A stretch of 64,000 nucleotides of DNA from an uncultured Cytophagales bacterium (GTDB taxonomy: Bacteria; Bacteroidota; Bacteroidia; Cytophagales; Bernardetiaceae). The DNA lies in NCBI GenBank assembly GCA_963719525.1, contig CAVRCG010000004.1, positions 925,579 through 989,578 of the forward strand, read 5' to 3'. Of this stretch, positions 30,437 to 41,282 are shown piece by piece (positions within the stretch are counted from its first letter, which is position 1; the number at the start of each line of letters is the position of its first letter). A program made the translations under genes and the position numbers. Below the pieces are notes generated by a model, which had not been told where the DNA came from, made no database searches, and worked only from the letters and a program-made list of their open reading frames with translations.

Positions 30437-31231
30437 TTATTTAGAATTAAGTGAAGCAATAATCATTTTCAGAATGCTTCTAGTTCTTGGCGACCACCAT
30501 TGTTTCAACATTGGTGCAAGTATTTCTTCCATATTGTTCATGTCCATTCCTTGAAGCATTCCAGAACGCAGATTTGTTTTGCTAAGCGACCATGTCTTTC
30601 CATCAAAATTAGCATAATCTTCCATTTTTTCTTCTGCATGCGAAAGCACTTTATCAGCCGAAACAACTGCATCAACTAAACCAATTTCCTTTGCTTGACT
30701 AGGATTAATTAATTTTCCCTCCAAAAGATATTGATAAGCTGTTTTATTTCCAATCCAAAACGCATACAAATCAAAAATTACCTTCGGTACAACGATTCCA
30801 ACAGGAATTTCATTGAGTCCGATAATATAATTTCCCTCAGCCATCACTCTATAATCTGCACAAACTGCCAACACACAACCACCAGCAGGACTATGACCTG
30901 TAATAGCTGCAATAAGTGGTTTTGGAAAAGAAGCAATTACTTTTGTCATGGTAATAAAAGCTACCCAAAATTCTTTTACTTCGTCTTCCTTCATAGCGTA
31001 AAGCTGCTTTAAGTCTAATCCAGAAGAGAAAAACTTTTCTTTTCCTGTAATGATTACACCGTTTACATCTTCATCATTTGCTGCTTTTTCAAAAAAGGCA
31101 TGCAAATCACTAATCATTTGGCGATTAATCGGATTTGCTTTTCCTCTATTTAATTGTAGAGTTACAATGTTATCTTTACTTGAAACAGTTAGCGTTTCAA
31201 AATCTGTTTTTACGGTTGCGTTGCTAGTCAT
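30437..31231 (-). CDS. enoyl-CoA hydratase/isomerase family protein
   Basis: 264 aa; crotonase motifs (…FFSSGLDL…ITGHSPAGGCVLA…). Confidence 0.8.
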   Translation of the reverse strand: MTSNATVKTDFETLTVSSKDNIVTLQLNRGKANPINRQMISDLHAFFEKAANDEDVNGVIITGKEKFFSSGLDLKQLYAMKEDEVKEFWVAFITMTKVIASFPKPLIAAITGHSPAGGCVLAVCADYRVMAEGNYIIGLNEIPVGIVVPKVIFDLYAFWIGNKTAYQYLLEGKLINPSQAKEIGLVDAVVSADKVLSHAEEKMEDYANFDGKTWSLSKTNLRSGMLQGMDMNNMEEILAPMLKQWWSPRTRSILKMIIASLNSK

Positions 31232-31424
31232 AGTTGTATTACGTATAACAGACTTCCTAGTCTGTTTGAATGTTTAAATACTTTGTTTTTTGCACAGACT
31301 AGGAAGTCCGTGCTACTTTTGATTAAAGTATAATACTACTAAAAAAAACTCAAAAACAGAAATTATGCGTGCATACTATTTTATTAATTTTAAAGATTTA
31401 TATATTTTTCAGTACTATTAAGTA

Positions 31425-31462
31425 AAAAGGCTCTACATTATTATTAATGTAGAGCCTTTTTT
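31425..31462. terminator. bidirectional rho-independent terminator (aaaaaggctctacatt-attatta-atgtagagcctttttt)
   Basis: perfect 13-bp stem flanked by A-run and T-run, 15 bp downstream of the MVP gene end. Confidence 0.6.
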
Positions 31463-31477
31463 ACGTATAACAAATCG

Positions 31478-33985
31478 TTATTCAATTTCCGTATTTTCGG
31501 ATATTTTCAAACTATTCAAAACAGAACTAAGCTGCGTTCCTTTTAAAAGATTTCCGAAGACATCTGCAATAGATTTTCCTCCCAAAATAGCTAATGGAGC
31601 CATAGAATCTGCCATTTTCTGAGCGAGTTCTTTATCAGAAAACGATTGTAATGCTGCAATCAAATCTGGAGAAATAGCTTTTGCTTTTGCTACAACAGCT
31701 TCTACTTCGGTTTGCTCTTCCAAAATAAACTGCTCTAATTCTCTTTGTGCTTTTTCCAACTCAAGGTTATTAATAGATTTTTGACGTGAGAGTTCATCGT
31801 CATTGATTTGATTAAGCGATTTTTGCTCGTCTAATCGTGCTTGCAGATGACGTTCCTTACTAATTATCTCACTCTCAATTTTTGATAAAGTTACTTCTAA
31901 AAGTTTTTGAGTTTCTTGTCTTTGTAGGTCGTAAATGGTTTGTTTGGTTTGGGACTGCGTGGCTGCAATCTGACGAGTAATGGCTTCACTTTCTTGTGTG
32001 AATTCTAATTTTCGTTTTTCAGAATTAATACGCAACGTTTGCATAACGGTATCTTGCTGTGAAGAAATAAGTAAGTTTTCAATGTTTGCATCTCCCAAAC
32101 TAATATCCAAAATTTCTACGTCATAAATACGCATTCCGTTTTCTTCAAAGAGTCGTCCTGTTCGTTTTCCTGTTTTCTTGTCGTTTTCTCCCAAAATAGC
32201 ATCTCTCAAAATCGTAATTCCGTTGGCGTAAAATTCCATAATCGGATATTTTCTGACTGTATTACGAATATAAGAGCGCATGTGGTCTGTTAGAAACTTA
32301 ACATAATTTTCCACATTAAACCATTTATCCGAACTTCCTTCAAAATTGACACGGTAGGAAAGACTGAGTTTTACCTGCGTATAATCTGCTGATTCTGCAA
32401 AAATTTCATCAGAAACTTTATTATACAACACTCTCAAATAAACGGTTTTGATAGAATTTTCTGTCGTTTTTGGTGTTCCTGTCGAAAGCTCAATTCCCTC
32501 TAATTCTTCATCATATTCCAACAAATAGGATTGAGAGCATCTTCAATAACTTTGCGCTTTCCTGTCTTGCTGACCACCAAAACAGCATAACCTGTCCAAG
32601 GCGCAATCGTAACTGCTCCCTCAAATTTTGTATCTAGCGTAATCATACGAGGAGGTGTAAACGAATTATCACGATTAAACTCATCACTAATTACGCTACT
32701 AGAAATTTTTTGCTTTTTATTGAGTTGCTCTTGTGGTTTTGGTGGAGCTTGATTCTGCTGCTGCAATTCAAAATCAGTAACAAAATTATCGTTTTTGGCA
32801 ATATCTTGTAAAGCCATATTGTACTTCATCGCTTCATTATTATTCGGAAACCAAAGCGAAGTCTGACTTTTTGTAAGCACACGACGCACCAAAACAAACT
32901 CTCTAGGATCTGGCAAAAACATCGCTGCCCCTTTCATAAGTGCAACCGTTCCTGTCTTTCTATTGAGATAATAACGTCCTTCTCCTGCTGGAATAGCAAT
33001 TGCATAATGGCGTTCTTTGTTTCCATAACGCACAACGGCATGTTCTGGACGAGGGTAATAAATCATTTGATCTTTTCCTGTAATAAAAAGTTCGTCGCCT
33101 TCTTTGTATTCATTTTTTCCTTCTTTATAAGGTGCAATTACTTTTATATACAAACCACTCATTTCATTGAGTTCGATGGCTTTAAATTTTCGTTGTCCAT
33201 TTTTTTCAATAAACTCTTCTGAAGGTTCTGGGAAAACTACTTTTGGTTCATTGAATATATCTTTTATTTCCGTCTTCATTAAGTAAAATACAATATTCCA
33301 AACGCTCTAAAGTTACGGCTTCACGCACATATTCATCGTTTTCGTAAGAATACATAGGCTCTGTACGAACTACTTCAATTCCTGTTGGTGGAATATAAAA
33401 TGAAACGGCATCACCACGAATAATCAAAAGTTGTCCCATAGTAAGACTTTCGGCAACTTCTTTGAGTTCTTTTATTTCATTTTTGACTTCTTTTTTTTCT
33501 CCTTCTTTTGTTTTGATAACTGATTTGCCCCAATTTTCTCTTGCCTGCACTTCATCATAGACACGAACCAACAAATATTGATTCGAACTTAGATTATGAC
33601 CGTGAACAACTCGTGCCATTTGTCCTGCCCAAAGTGCAAAAGAAATTGCGCCGAAATATTTACTTTTCGTCCTACATTCAATTCTACCAAATTATTGCTC
33701 GTTCCTGTTTTTGGTGGATTTGTATCTTTCGAAAGGATTTTTCAGAACTACATACCAACCTTCTGGAGCAATCACAAAAGCTCTCATCGCTTCTTCTAAA
33801 TTACATTTTTCGAAACGCTTAGTAGCATCATCGAACATAACAGGACGGTCAGTATTTGCAAGGCTTGTTTTGTAAGGACCTACATAAACATTAATATTTC
33901 CCTTTGTTTGGTCGGAAATAAAAGCGTATTCGTTGGGAGCTAAAACTAAATCTCGTTCTCGGCTTTCTCGGCTTGTGTCAGACAT
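31478..33985 (-). CDS. major vault protein (MVP) homolog, fragmented into four ORFs in different frames
   Basis: N-terminal ORF (…LAPNEYAFISDQTKGNINVYVGPYKTSLANTDRPVMF…RAFVIAPEGWYVVLKNP) aligns with eukaryotic MVP repeat 1 (…[36 protein letters not shown]…RMVTVPPRHYCTVANP); following ORFs continue MVP-repeat-like segments, then an SPFH/band-7-like shoulder and a long Q/E-rich coiled-coil cap helix in 31478..32524. Confidence 0.65.
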
Positions 33986-34233
33986 AAGTGATTATTTTTT
34001 GAGTTGAAATGGTAAGCTATTTTGAAAAACCATAAATTCGCACTCTATAGTTAGTGTAAAAGATACAATAAGTACTTTCATTTTTATAAACGCTAATTTT
34101 TTGATAAAGGTTTCATTGATTATGAATAAGTTCCTTGATAAATCCAGACGAGAATGATTTAGAGGTAGTAGCAATAATTCGGCTTACATACTATTTTGTT
34201 TATTCAGAAGACTTATAATTTCCCTGATAAAAA

Positions 34234-34533
34234 TTATATCAAAGCTAAAGCAGCAAATATACTTATTGCGATAGATAGAACAGTAACTCCAGCAAGTACA
34301 AAGGCTTTTACGTTCTTCTTTTTGGGTTCTGAAAAATGACTTGCTGCAAAACCAATCAAAAGTCCAGAAACTCCTAACGAAAGTGTATAGAGTGGAATTA
34401 CGTCTTTTAGTTCATCTATTTTTAAGCCTACATTTGCTAATATCAAAAAAGGTAAAATGATTGTGAGAATTTTTAATAATTTTGTTAGATCGAACGGTTG
34501 ATTTTCTTTCATGAGTTTTGTCGTTTTGTACAA
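34234..34533 (-). CDS. small membrane protein (3 TM helices)
   Basis: 99 aa, hydrophobic segments; no motif. Confidence 0.35.
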   Translation of the reverse strand: MYKTTKLMKENQPFDLTKLLKILTIILPFLILANVGLKIDELKDVIPLYTLSLGVSGLLIGFAASHFSEPKKKNVKAFVLAGVTVLSIAISIFAALALI

Positions 34534-34552
34534 TGAATGGTTAAAATGGAAT

Positions 34553-35464
34553 TTACTTTTTCTTGTTCAAGTATCTTTCTTTAGCTCGTTTTATCAAAAT
34601 TTCCTTATCACTTTTTGTAGTCAGTTCTGTCCCTATTTTTAGTTGAGCAGGTACAAAATAAATGCTTTGCATGATACTTGTAGTTTCAGTTACATACCAC
34701 ACTTTCATTGGTCGAATACCATAATCTTCTATATTTTTCACGTAAAATTTCATTCCTTCTTTTACTCCTGCATTCTTACCTTTATCTATCGTAACTATTG
34801 ATTTTGTTCCTTCGTATTTATTTTTTCCAACTAAATTTTTATTGTTTATCATTCCATCTACAATTTCCATTTTTATAACTTTTGCATCTAAAAAAGTGTC
34901 CAGTAAATAGTCTTTCCATTCTTTTGGAAGCTGTTCTCTTACTGATTTTGAAGGCAAATCACAGTTATTTTTTTTAGTCCAAAAGAAAGAATTTGGCGAA
35001 TTTTGTTTTCCTCCATTTATCAAATCATATAGTTTCATAAAGTCCGTTTCTTTCGAAATATGATTATAAGAATCAATTTCTTGATTACTCAATAAAAAAA
35101 TATTTTCATCATAGTAAACCACAAAAAGTGTATCTCTAAAAGTATGAATTGATTTATCATAAACAGTCTTTACGGTATCTTCTTCAAATTCAGTTACATT
35201 AATTTTGGTACACTTAGAAGGATAAAAAATTACTTTATTCCCTTCAATTACATATTTTCCTTCAAATCGTTCTGACTTAAAACCAATTTCTGTACAGGTA
35301 GTAGTCTGTACTTCATTTGAAAAAGTAAAATCTTCATCCAAACTTAAAAAGGTAGCTTTGTTGAAATCCTCTTTATATTCGTAATTTCCTATAATACAAT
35401 CATTCCAATTAGCAAAAGCAGAAAAGGAATAAAGTAGAAAAAATAAAGTAAAACAGAATTTCAT
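34553..35464 (-). CDS. secreted hypothetical protein (start moved to MKFCFTLFFLLYSFSAFA signal peptide)
   Basis: signal peptide at internal Met; the upstream extension in the ORF track lacks coding character. Confidence 0.4.
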   Translation of the reverse strand: MKFCFTLFFLLYSFSAFANWNDCIIGNYEYKEDFNKATFLSLDEDFTFSNEVQTTTCTEIGFKSERFEGKYVIEGNKVIFYPSKCTKINVTEFEEDTVKTVYDKSIHTFRDTLFVVYYDENIFLLSNQEIDSYNHISKETDFMKLYDLINGGKQNSPNSFFWTKKNNCDLPSKSVREQLPKEWKDYLLDTFLDAKVIKMEIVDGMINNKNLVGKNKYEGTKSIVTIDKGKNAGVKEGMKFYVKNIEDYGIRPMKVWYVTETTSIMQSIYFVPAQLKIGTELTTKSDKEILIKRAKERYLNKKK

Positions 35465-35597
35465 AATTTTGCTGTTTGATTTGTAAAACACTAATTTACA
35501 TTTTTGATTTGCAAATCCAAAAACGGTTCTACAACTTTGCTTACAAGCTGCTCGTTGAGTAAACAAAATAGTTACTTCATTAAATAATAAAAAAATC

Positions 35598-35837
35598 ATG
35601 AAAGATTTAATTATTCCTTATCCAATTTTGCAAAGTATAGAATTTTCGGCTAACGAGCTAAAAATTGAAATTGCTACTTATTTGTACCAAAAACAAAAAT
35701 TAAGTATGGGAAAAGCAAAAAAATTAGCAGGACTTACACAAATTGAATTTCAAAAAGAATTAGCTAAAAGAGATGTGTACATAAACTATGATATAAATGA
35801 TTTGAAAATAGATTTGAAAAATTTAGACTCTTTTTAA
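35598..35837 (+). CDS. UPF0175-family antitoxin-like protein (orphan)
   Basis: 79 aa; …LKIEIATYLYQKQKLSMGKAKKLAGLTQIEFQKELAKRDV… matches UPF0175 helix-turn-helix antitoxin pattern; no PIN/DUF3368 partner adjacent. Confidence 0.55.
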   Translation: MKDLIIPYPILQSIEFSANELKIEIATYLYQKQKLSMGKAKKLAGLTQIEFQKELAKRDVYINYDINDLKIDLKNLDSF

Positions 35838-35975
35838 TTTAGAACTAAAGCTAACAAAATAGAAAAAAGATACAGAATACACTAAATTATAGTTTATAAA
35901 AAATGACCGATAAATCAATCAAAATAAGTGTATTTGTAGTCTATATCAGTCATTTAAAACAAACCTCCAAACACA

Positions 35976-36536
35976 ATGAAAGAAAACGAAAACTATCTAA
36001 TTTATTTATTTGACAAGTCTGTAAATTGTAAAACACACGAAGAAGCAAGAGAGATTTTTGAAAAAATAGAATTATTTATGAGAGAGAATAATTGTTCAAG
36101 AAAAAACAGAAGTAATATTTTCAATTTAGTTGTATATCATATTCAGTTAGTTGTACTAAATAATTTAGATGCAACTTTTCAAATAATTATGAGTTCAAAA
36201 AATGACCTTAAAGTAGAGATTATCTATAAAGACAGAGAAGAAGAATTTATCAAAACACTTAAAAAGTACAATGATTTTTGTAGAGAAAATAGTGATGAAG
36301 AAATTGCGACCTTCGGAAAAGAAATAGGTAAAATATTAAGGAATAATTTAAGAGAAGGTAAAAAGATGAATCTTTCTGATAAAGAAATTAATAAACTATC
36401 AGATAATGCTTATTCTTTGACTTTCACTTTAAGAAAATATTACAAACCCGCAATAAAAAACTACATTTGTCTAACAGAATATACAGAGGACAACAAAGGA
36501 ATTAAAGTTACTTATAAAGTAGGAAATCCAATCTAA
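35976..36536 (+). CDS. hypothetical protein
   Basis: 186 aa ORF with coding appearance; no motif. Confidence 0.35.
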   Translation: MKENENYLIYLFDKSVNCKTHEEAREIFEKIELFMRENNCSRKNRSNIFNLVVYHIQLVVLNNLDATFQIIMSSKNDLKVEIIYKDREEEFIKTLKKYNDFCRENSDEEIATFGKEIGKILRNNLREGKKMNLSDKEINKLSDNAYSLTFTLRKYYKPAIKNYICLTEYTEDNKGIKVTYKVGNPI

Positions 36537-36644
36537 AAAATACTTTTCTCAAAAAAAACTCCTCAAATCTCAAAAAATTTTTGCAATTTTGGTACAATCA
36601 AAAAATAAAATTGCCAATAAAAATAGCTAGACAATCACACCATC

Positions 36645-39326
36645 ATGAGCAAAAAATCAACTTCCCAAAAAAGTAAAACCAGTCACACCGACACAAAAAA
36701 AACAAAGCAAACTCCTTTGATGAAACAATACAATCAAATCAAAGGAAAACATCCTGATGCCATTTTGCTTTTTCGTGTTGGCGATTTTTACGAAACGTTT
36801 GGAGAAGATGCTGTTCGTGCTGCCAAAATCTTAGATATTACACTTACCAAACGTGCAAACGGTGCAGCTTCCGAAATTGCATTAGCAGGTTTTCCTCATC
36901 ATTCGTTAGATAATTATTTACCAAAACTGGTTCGTGCAGGACTTCGTGTTGCAATCTGCGACCAATTAGAAGACCCAAAACTAGCAAAAGGAATTGTAAA
37001 AAGAGGAGTTACAGAACTCGTTACACCGGGGCTGGTTTTGGGAGATAATGTGTTGGAGAACAAGAAAAATAATTATTTAGCATCTGTTTATTTTTATAAA
37101 AACAAAAAATACGAAGCTGTTGGAGCTGCTTTTTTAGATTTATCGACAGGAGAATTTTTGGTAGCAGAAGGAGAATATTCGTATATCGAACAATTATTAG
37201 AACGTTTTGCACCTTCTGAAATTATTTTTAGTAAGTCCAACAGAAAAGAATTTGAGGCACAGGTAGTCAGACAGGGAAGTGATTTTTCACAGTTTGCTAT
37301 CGAAGAGTGGATTTATACGATAAATTTTGCTTACGAAAAACTGACAAAACATTTCGGAACGGCTTCTCTAAAAGGTTTCGGAATTGAGAATCTGCACGCT
37401 GCCACGATTGCAGCAGGAGCAGTTTTGTATTATTTGGAAACGACAGAACACCACGAAAAAAATCATATTCTTTCTCTAAGCAGAGTAGAACAAGATAAAT
37501 ATGTTTGGTTAGATTCTTTCACTACTCGTAATCTGGAACTGCTCGTTCCGATGCACGGAAATGGTTGTTCGTTGATTGAAGTATTGGACAAAACCGTTAC
37601 GCCAATGGGCGCAAGACTGATGAGAAAATGGGTTGCTTTTCCATTAAAAGATGCACGACCAATTCAAAATAGACTTCGAAATGTGGCTATTTTGGTAGAA
37701 AAAGATGCCTTACAAGGCGAGCTACTTTCGTATTTGAAGGAAGTAGGAGATTTAGAACGTTTAATTTCAAGAGTTGCTGTGGGTAGGATTAGTCCGAAAG
37801 AGCTAGTAAAATTGAGAGATTCTTTGGAAGCCATTCCACCGATAAAAGATATTTTATTGAAAAGTAAAACGAACGAATTAGAAGCCATTGGAGAAAAAAT
37901 AGTTCTGAATACAGATATTTTAAAGAAGCTACAAAACGAGCTGGAGGACAATCCACCAATTGCAGTTCAGCAAGGGACAACTATAAAGCGAGGCGTAAAT
38001 CAAGAATTAGATGAGCTTAGAGATATTTCTAGTTCGGCAAAAGATTTTCTGGAAAAAGTACGTCAGAGAGAAATTATTGCAACAGGAATTACATCGCTCA
38101 AAATTAGTTTCAATAAAGTTTTTGGTTATTATATTGAGGTTAGTAATGCTCACAAAACCAAAGTTCCGACAGAATGGATTCGCAAACAAACGCTCGTCAA
38201 TGCAGAACGTTACATTACGCCAGAGCTAAAAGAATGGGAAGAAAAAATTGTTACAGCAGAGGAAAAAATCGCTAGTATTGAGTACACACTTTATCACAAT
38301 TTGGTTTCTGAAGTCGCTAAGTATGTAAAGGTAATTCAGCAAAACGCAAAGTTTTTGTCGATGCTGGATGCCCTTTGTGGACTTGCAGAAGTGGCGATGC
38401 AAAATAATTACTCCTTACCAGAAATCACAGATGACAACATTTTAGAGATTAGAGAAGGAAAGCATCCTGTTATCGAAAAATTATTACCGATTGGAGAGCA
38501 GTATGTTCCAAATGATGTAATTATGAATCCTGAAAGCGAACAAATTTTTATCATAACGGGTCCGAATATGGCTGGTAAATCTGCTCTTTTACGACAAACG
38601 GCTTTGATAGTTTTGATGGCTCAAATTGGAAGTTTTGTTCCTGCTAAGAGTGCAAAAATAGGAGTAGTGGATAAAGTTTTTACTAGAGTTGGAGCGTCGG
38701 ATAATATTGCAAAAGGAGAATCTACTTTTATGGTAGAAATGTCTGAAACGGCTAGTATTCTGAATAATTTGAGTGATAGAAGTCTTGTTTTGATGGACGA
38801 AATAGGACGTGGAACAAGTACTTACGACGGAATTTCGATTGCATGGGCAATTGTGGAATACTTGCATTCTTTACCTAATGCAAAACCAAAAACACTTTTT
38901 GCTACGCATTATCACGAACTCAACGAACTCAAAAACGATTTTGATAGAATTAGAAATTACAATGTTTCGGTAAAAGAAGTGGGAGGAAAAATAATTTTTC
39001 TTAGAAAACTAAAAGAAGGAGGAAGCGAACATAGTTTTGGAATAAATGTAGCCTCACTTGCAGGAATGCCTAAAAAAGTAGTTTTGAGAGCATCGGAAAT
39101 GATGCACCATTTTGAAACCAATAAATTTGCAGAAAAAGACAAAGAAACGCTGCAATCTGCGCCAAAAAATACGTTTTATGAAAACACTTTGTTTGCTGGA
39201 AATGGAACAAATGACCCTGTTTTAGAAAAACTAAAAGAAGAATTATTACAACTTGATGTCAATCGTCTTTCGCCTGTGGAGGCACTTTTGAAATTGAATG
39301 AATTTAAGATTAGAGTGGGGAAATAA
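36645..39326 (+). CDS. mutS: DNA mismatch repair protein MutS
   Basis: 893 aa; mismatch-binding N-terminus (TPLMKQYNQIKGKHPDAILLFRVGDFYETFGEDA), Walker A GPNMAGKS, MutS domain V DEIGRGTSTYDG. Confidence 0.95.
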   Translation: MSKKSTSQKSKTSHTDTKKTKQTPLMKQYNQIKGKHPDAILLFRVGDFYETFGEDAVRAAKILDITLTKRANGAASEIALAGFPHHSLDNYLPKLVRAGLRVAICDQLEDPKLAKGIVKRGVTELVTPGLVLGDNVLENKKNNYLASVYFYKNKKYEAVGAAFLDLSTGEFLVAEGEYSYIEQLLERFAPSEIIFSKSNRKEFEAQVVRQGSDFSQFAIEEWIYTINFAYEKLTKHFGTASLKGFGIENLHAATIAAGAVLYYLETTEHHEKNHILSLSRVEQDKYVWLDSFTTRNLELLVPMHGNGCSLIEVLDKTVTPMGARLMRKWVAFPLKDARPIQNRLRNVAILVEKDALQGELLSYLKEVGDLERLISRVAVGRISPKELVKLRDSLEAIPPIKDILLKSKTNELEAIGEKIVLNTDILKKLQNELEDNPPIAVQQGTTIKRGVNQELDELRDISSSAKDFLEKVRQREIIATGITSLKISFNKVFGYYIEVSNAHKTKVPTEWIRKQTLVNAERYITPELKEWEEKIVTAEEKIASIEYTLYHNLVSEVAKYVKVIQQNAKFLSMLDALCGLAEVAMQNNYSLPEITDDNILEIREGKHPVIEKLLPIGEQYVPNDVIMNPESEQIFIITGPNMAGKSALLRQTALIVLMAQIGSFVPAKSAKIGVVDKVFTRVGASDNIAKGESTFMVEMSETASILNNLSDRSLVLMDEIGRGTSTYDGISIAWAIVEYLHSLPNAKPKTLFATHYHELNELKNDFDRIRNYNVSVKEVGGKIIFLRKLKEGGSEHSFGINVASLAGMPKKVVLRASEMMHHFETNKFAEKDKETLQSAPKNTFYENTLFAGNGTNDPVLEKLKEELLQLDVNRLSPVEALLKLNEFKIRVGK

Positions 39327-39347
39327 TTTTTTAATGTAAGTACAAGT

Positions 39348-39914
39348 ATGACACAATCTGAATTTAAAGATAAACCACTTTTACTAAGAATTGAACCTAA
39401 ATTTGCCTATTGGTTTTTTATCATTCTAATATTGCTATTAATCTTCTTTTTTGCTTTTTTTGTTTACAAAGATTGGGTAAGGGGAGATTATGATATTATT
39501 AATCTTCTACTAACTATTGGATTGATATTTTTCTTATATAAAATACTTTCTATTAAAAAAGTCTTATTGATAGAATTATATCATACAGAACTTATTATAA
39601 AACATTCATTTGGCGATGATATAGATTTAAAATACAATCAAATTGATAAGGTAAATATTTATTATGACATAACATTTCATACAAGAAATCCTCATGAGAG
39701 AATTGTAGTTTGGAGAAAGAGAGGACATAATATTCAGTTTAGCATAGAACGCAATAAGATAAATTTGAGAGAAGATTCTGAGTTTTTACAATGTATTAAT
39801 TTTTTATCTACTAAAATACCTGTAACAATTCATATACATAATGACCGTAAAAAATATATTGACAAAGATATAATTAAAGCAAAACTAAAATGGTCAAATA
39901 ATCCTTACGGTTAA
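39348..39914 (+). CDS. hypothetical membrane protein
   Basis: 188 aa with two N-terminal TM helices. Confidence 0.35.
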   Translation: MTQSEFKDKPLLLRIEPKFAYWFFIILILLLIFFFAFFVYKDWVRGDYDIINLLLTIGLIFFLYKILSIKKVLLIELYHTELIIKHSFGDDIDLKYNQIDKVNIYYDITFHTRNPHERIVVWRKRGHNIQFSIERNKINLREDSEFLQCINFLSTKIPVTIHIHNDRKKYIDKDIIKAKLKWSNNPYG

Positions 39915-39961
39915 GTTAGAGATTAAGTAACTAGTACAATAAGTCTTAAATTTAAGTATCT

Positions 39962-40501
39962 TTGTCTTTAGCTTACCAACTACCTATCCTTATGCCTATT
40001 TTAGAAATAAACGAAAAAGAACATGAACTTCTCCAACAGATAAGCAAAAGCCAAAAGTTATCTGTTCGGCTTGTTAAGCGAGCTACTCTTTTGTGTTCCT
40101 TTCACCTTCATAAGCGTTATTCAGAAACGAGTTCCTCCTTACAAGTATCTATAAATTTTGCACGCCAATGGGTTAGCACTTGGAATAAAACTGCTCTCAT
40201 TCGTCAAAATTTATATTCAGCTTATATTCAAGGAGAATTGAAAGAATTTGAATACCGTAAAGAATTACTATCTATTTTATCAGATAAGCCTCGTAGTGGT
40301 TCGCCTCGTAAATTCACAGAATCAGAGCGCAGTCAAATTGTTGCTTTGGCACTCCAAAACCCCTCTGATTTAGACTTGCCTTTTACGCATTGGAGTCAAG
40401 AATTACTAAAAACGGAAGTGATAAAACGAAATATTGTTGCAAGTATAAGTCAACGGCAAATCTGCCGAATTTTAAAAAAATCAGCGTTTATCTCCTCATA
40501 A
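39962..40501 (+). CDS. IS630-family transposase, N-terminal HTH part (orfA)
   Basis: 179 aa; …SDKPRSGSPRKFTESERSQIVALAL… typical of IS630/Tc1 DNA-binding region. Confidence 0.75.
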   Translation: MSLAYQLPILMPILEINEKEHELLQQISKSQKLSVRLVKRATLLCSFHLHKRYSETSSSLQVSINFARQWVSTWNKTALIRQNLYSAYIQGELKEFEYRKELLSILSDKPRSGSPRKFTESERSQIVALALQNPSDLDLPFTHWSQELLKTEVIKRNIVASISQRQICRILKKSAFISS

Positions 40502-40574
40502 ATCATCCTATTGGGAATACCCAAACATAGATAATTGGGAAGATTTTACCCACCGTGTAGAAAGTATTTGTGAG

Positions 40575-41282
40575 TTGAATGCAAGGGCTGAGGAGTTGTA
40601 TGAATCAGGTATTCATCTTATCAGCACAGATGAAAAAACAGGAATGCAAGCCTTAGAACGTCAACATCCAACGATGCCACTCAAAGAAGGAGTGTGTGAA
40701 AAACGTGAATTTAACTATGTGCGACATGGTACACAAGTTTTGACTGCAAATCTTGAAATAGCAACAGGAAAAAGTATCTCTCCTACAGTAGCCGATACAC
40801 GCAAAGAAGAAGATTTTGCAACACATATTGAAAATACAATAGCCACAGATCAAACAGGAGAGTGGATATTTATTGTTGACCAACTTAATACACACAAATC
40901 AGAAACGTTAGTGAGGCTGGTAGCAAAATCTATTGAAGACGAGCAAGATTTAGGAGTAAAAGGTAAAAGTGGTATTTTGAAAAATCAAAAGACAAGAATG
41001 GCATATTTAGAAAACAAAAAACATAGAATTCGTTTTGTCTTTACACCTAAACACTGTTCTTGGCTCAATCTAATAGAATGCTTTTTCTCTGGGTTTGCTA
41101 AACGAGTAATTCACAGGGGAAATTTTTTATCTACACAAGATTTAAAAAATAAAATTCTAAAGTATATGGAGTATTACAACGAAAATTTAGCAAATAAATT
41201 TAACTGGACAGTAGCTTCAAATGAAGATATTAAAAAAATGATACAAAAGGTAAAAAGATACGTGATTAAATTTATGGCTTGA
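40575..41282 (+). CDS. IS630-family transposase, DDE catalytic part (orfB, +1 frame)
   Basis: 235 aa; …HLISTDEKTG… (D), …IFIVDQLNTHK… (D), …SWLNLIECFF… (E) DDE triad; frame open upstream to the A7 run at 40474-40480. Confidence 0.75.
   Translation: MNARAEELYESGIHLISTDEKTGMQALERQHPTMPLKEGVCEKREFNYVRHGTQVLTANLEIATGKSISPTVADTRKEEDFATHIENTIATDQTGEWIFIVDQLNTHKSETLVRLVAKSIEDEQDLGVKGKSGILKNQKTRMAYLENKKHRIRFVFTPKHCSWLNLIECFFSGFAKRVIHRGNFLSTQDLKNKILKYMEYYNENLANKFNWTVASNEDIKKMIQKVKRYVIKFMA

Noticed and set aside
40474-40480. Programmed -1 ribosomal frameshift at the A7 run in the IS630 transposase
   Set aside because: The downstream frame is +1, not -1, relative to orfA. A +1 shift at a poly-A run is atypical for IS elements, and the window shows another homopolymer indel (ftsH), so sequencing error is favoured. 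Kept as a finding with this caveat.
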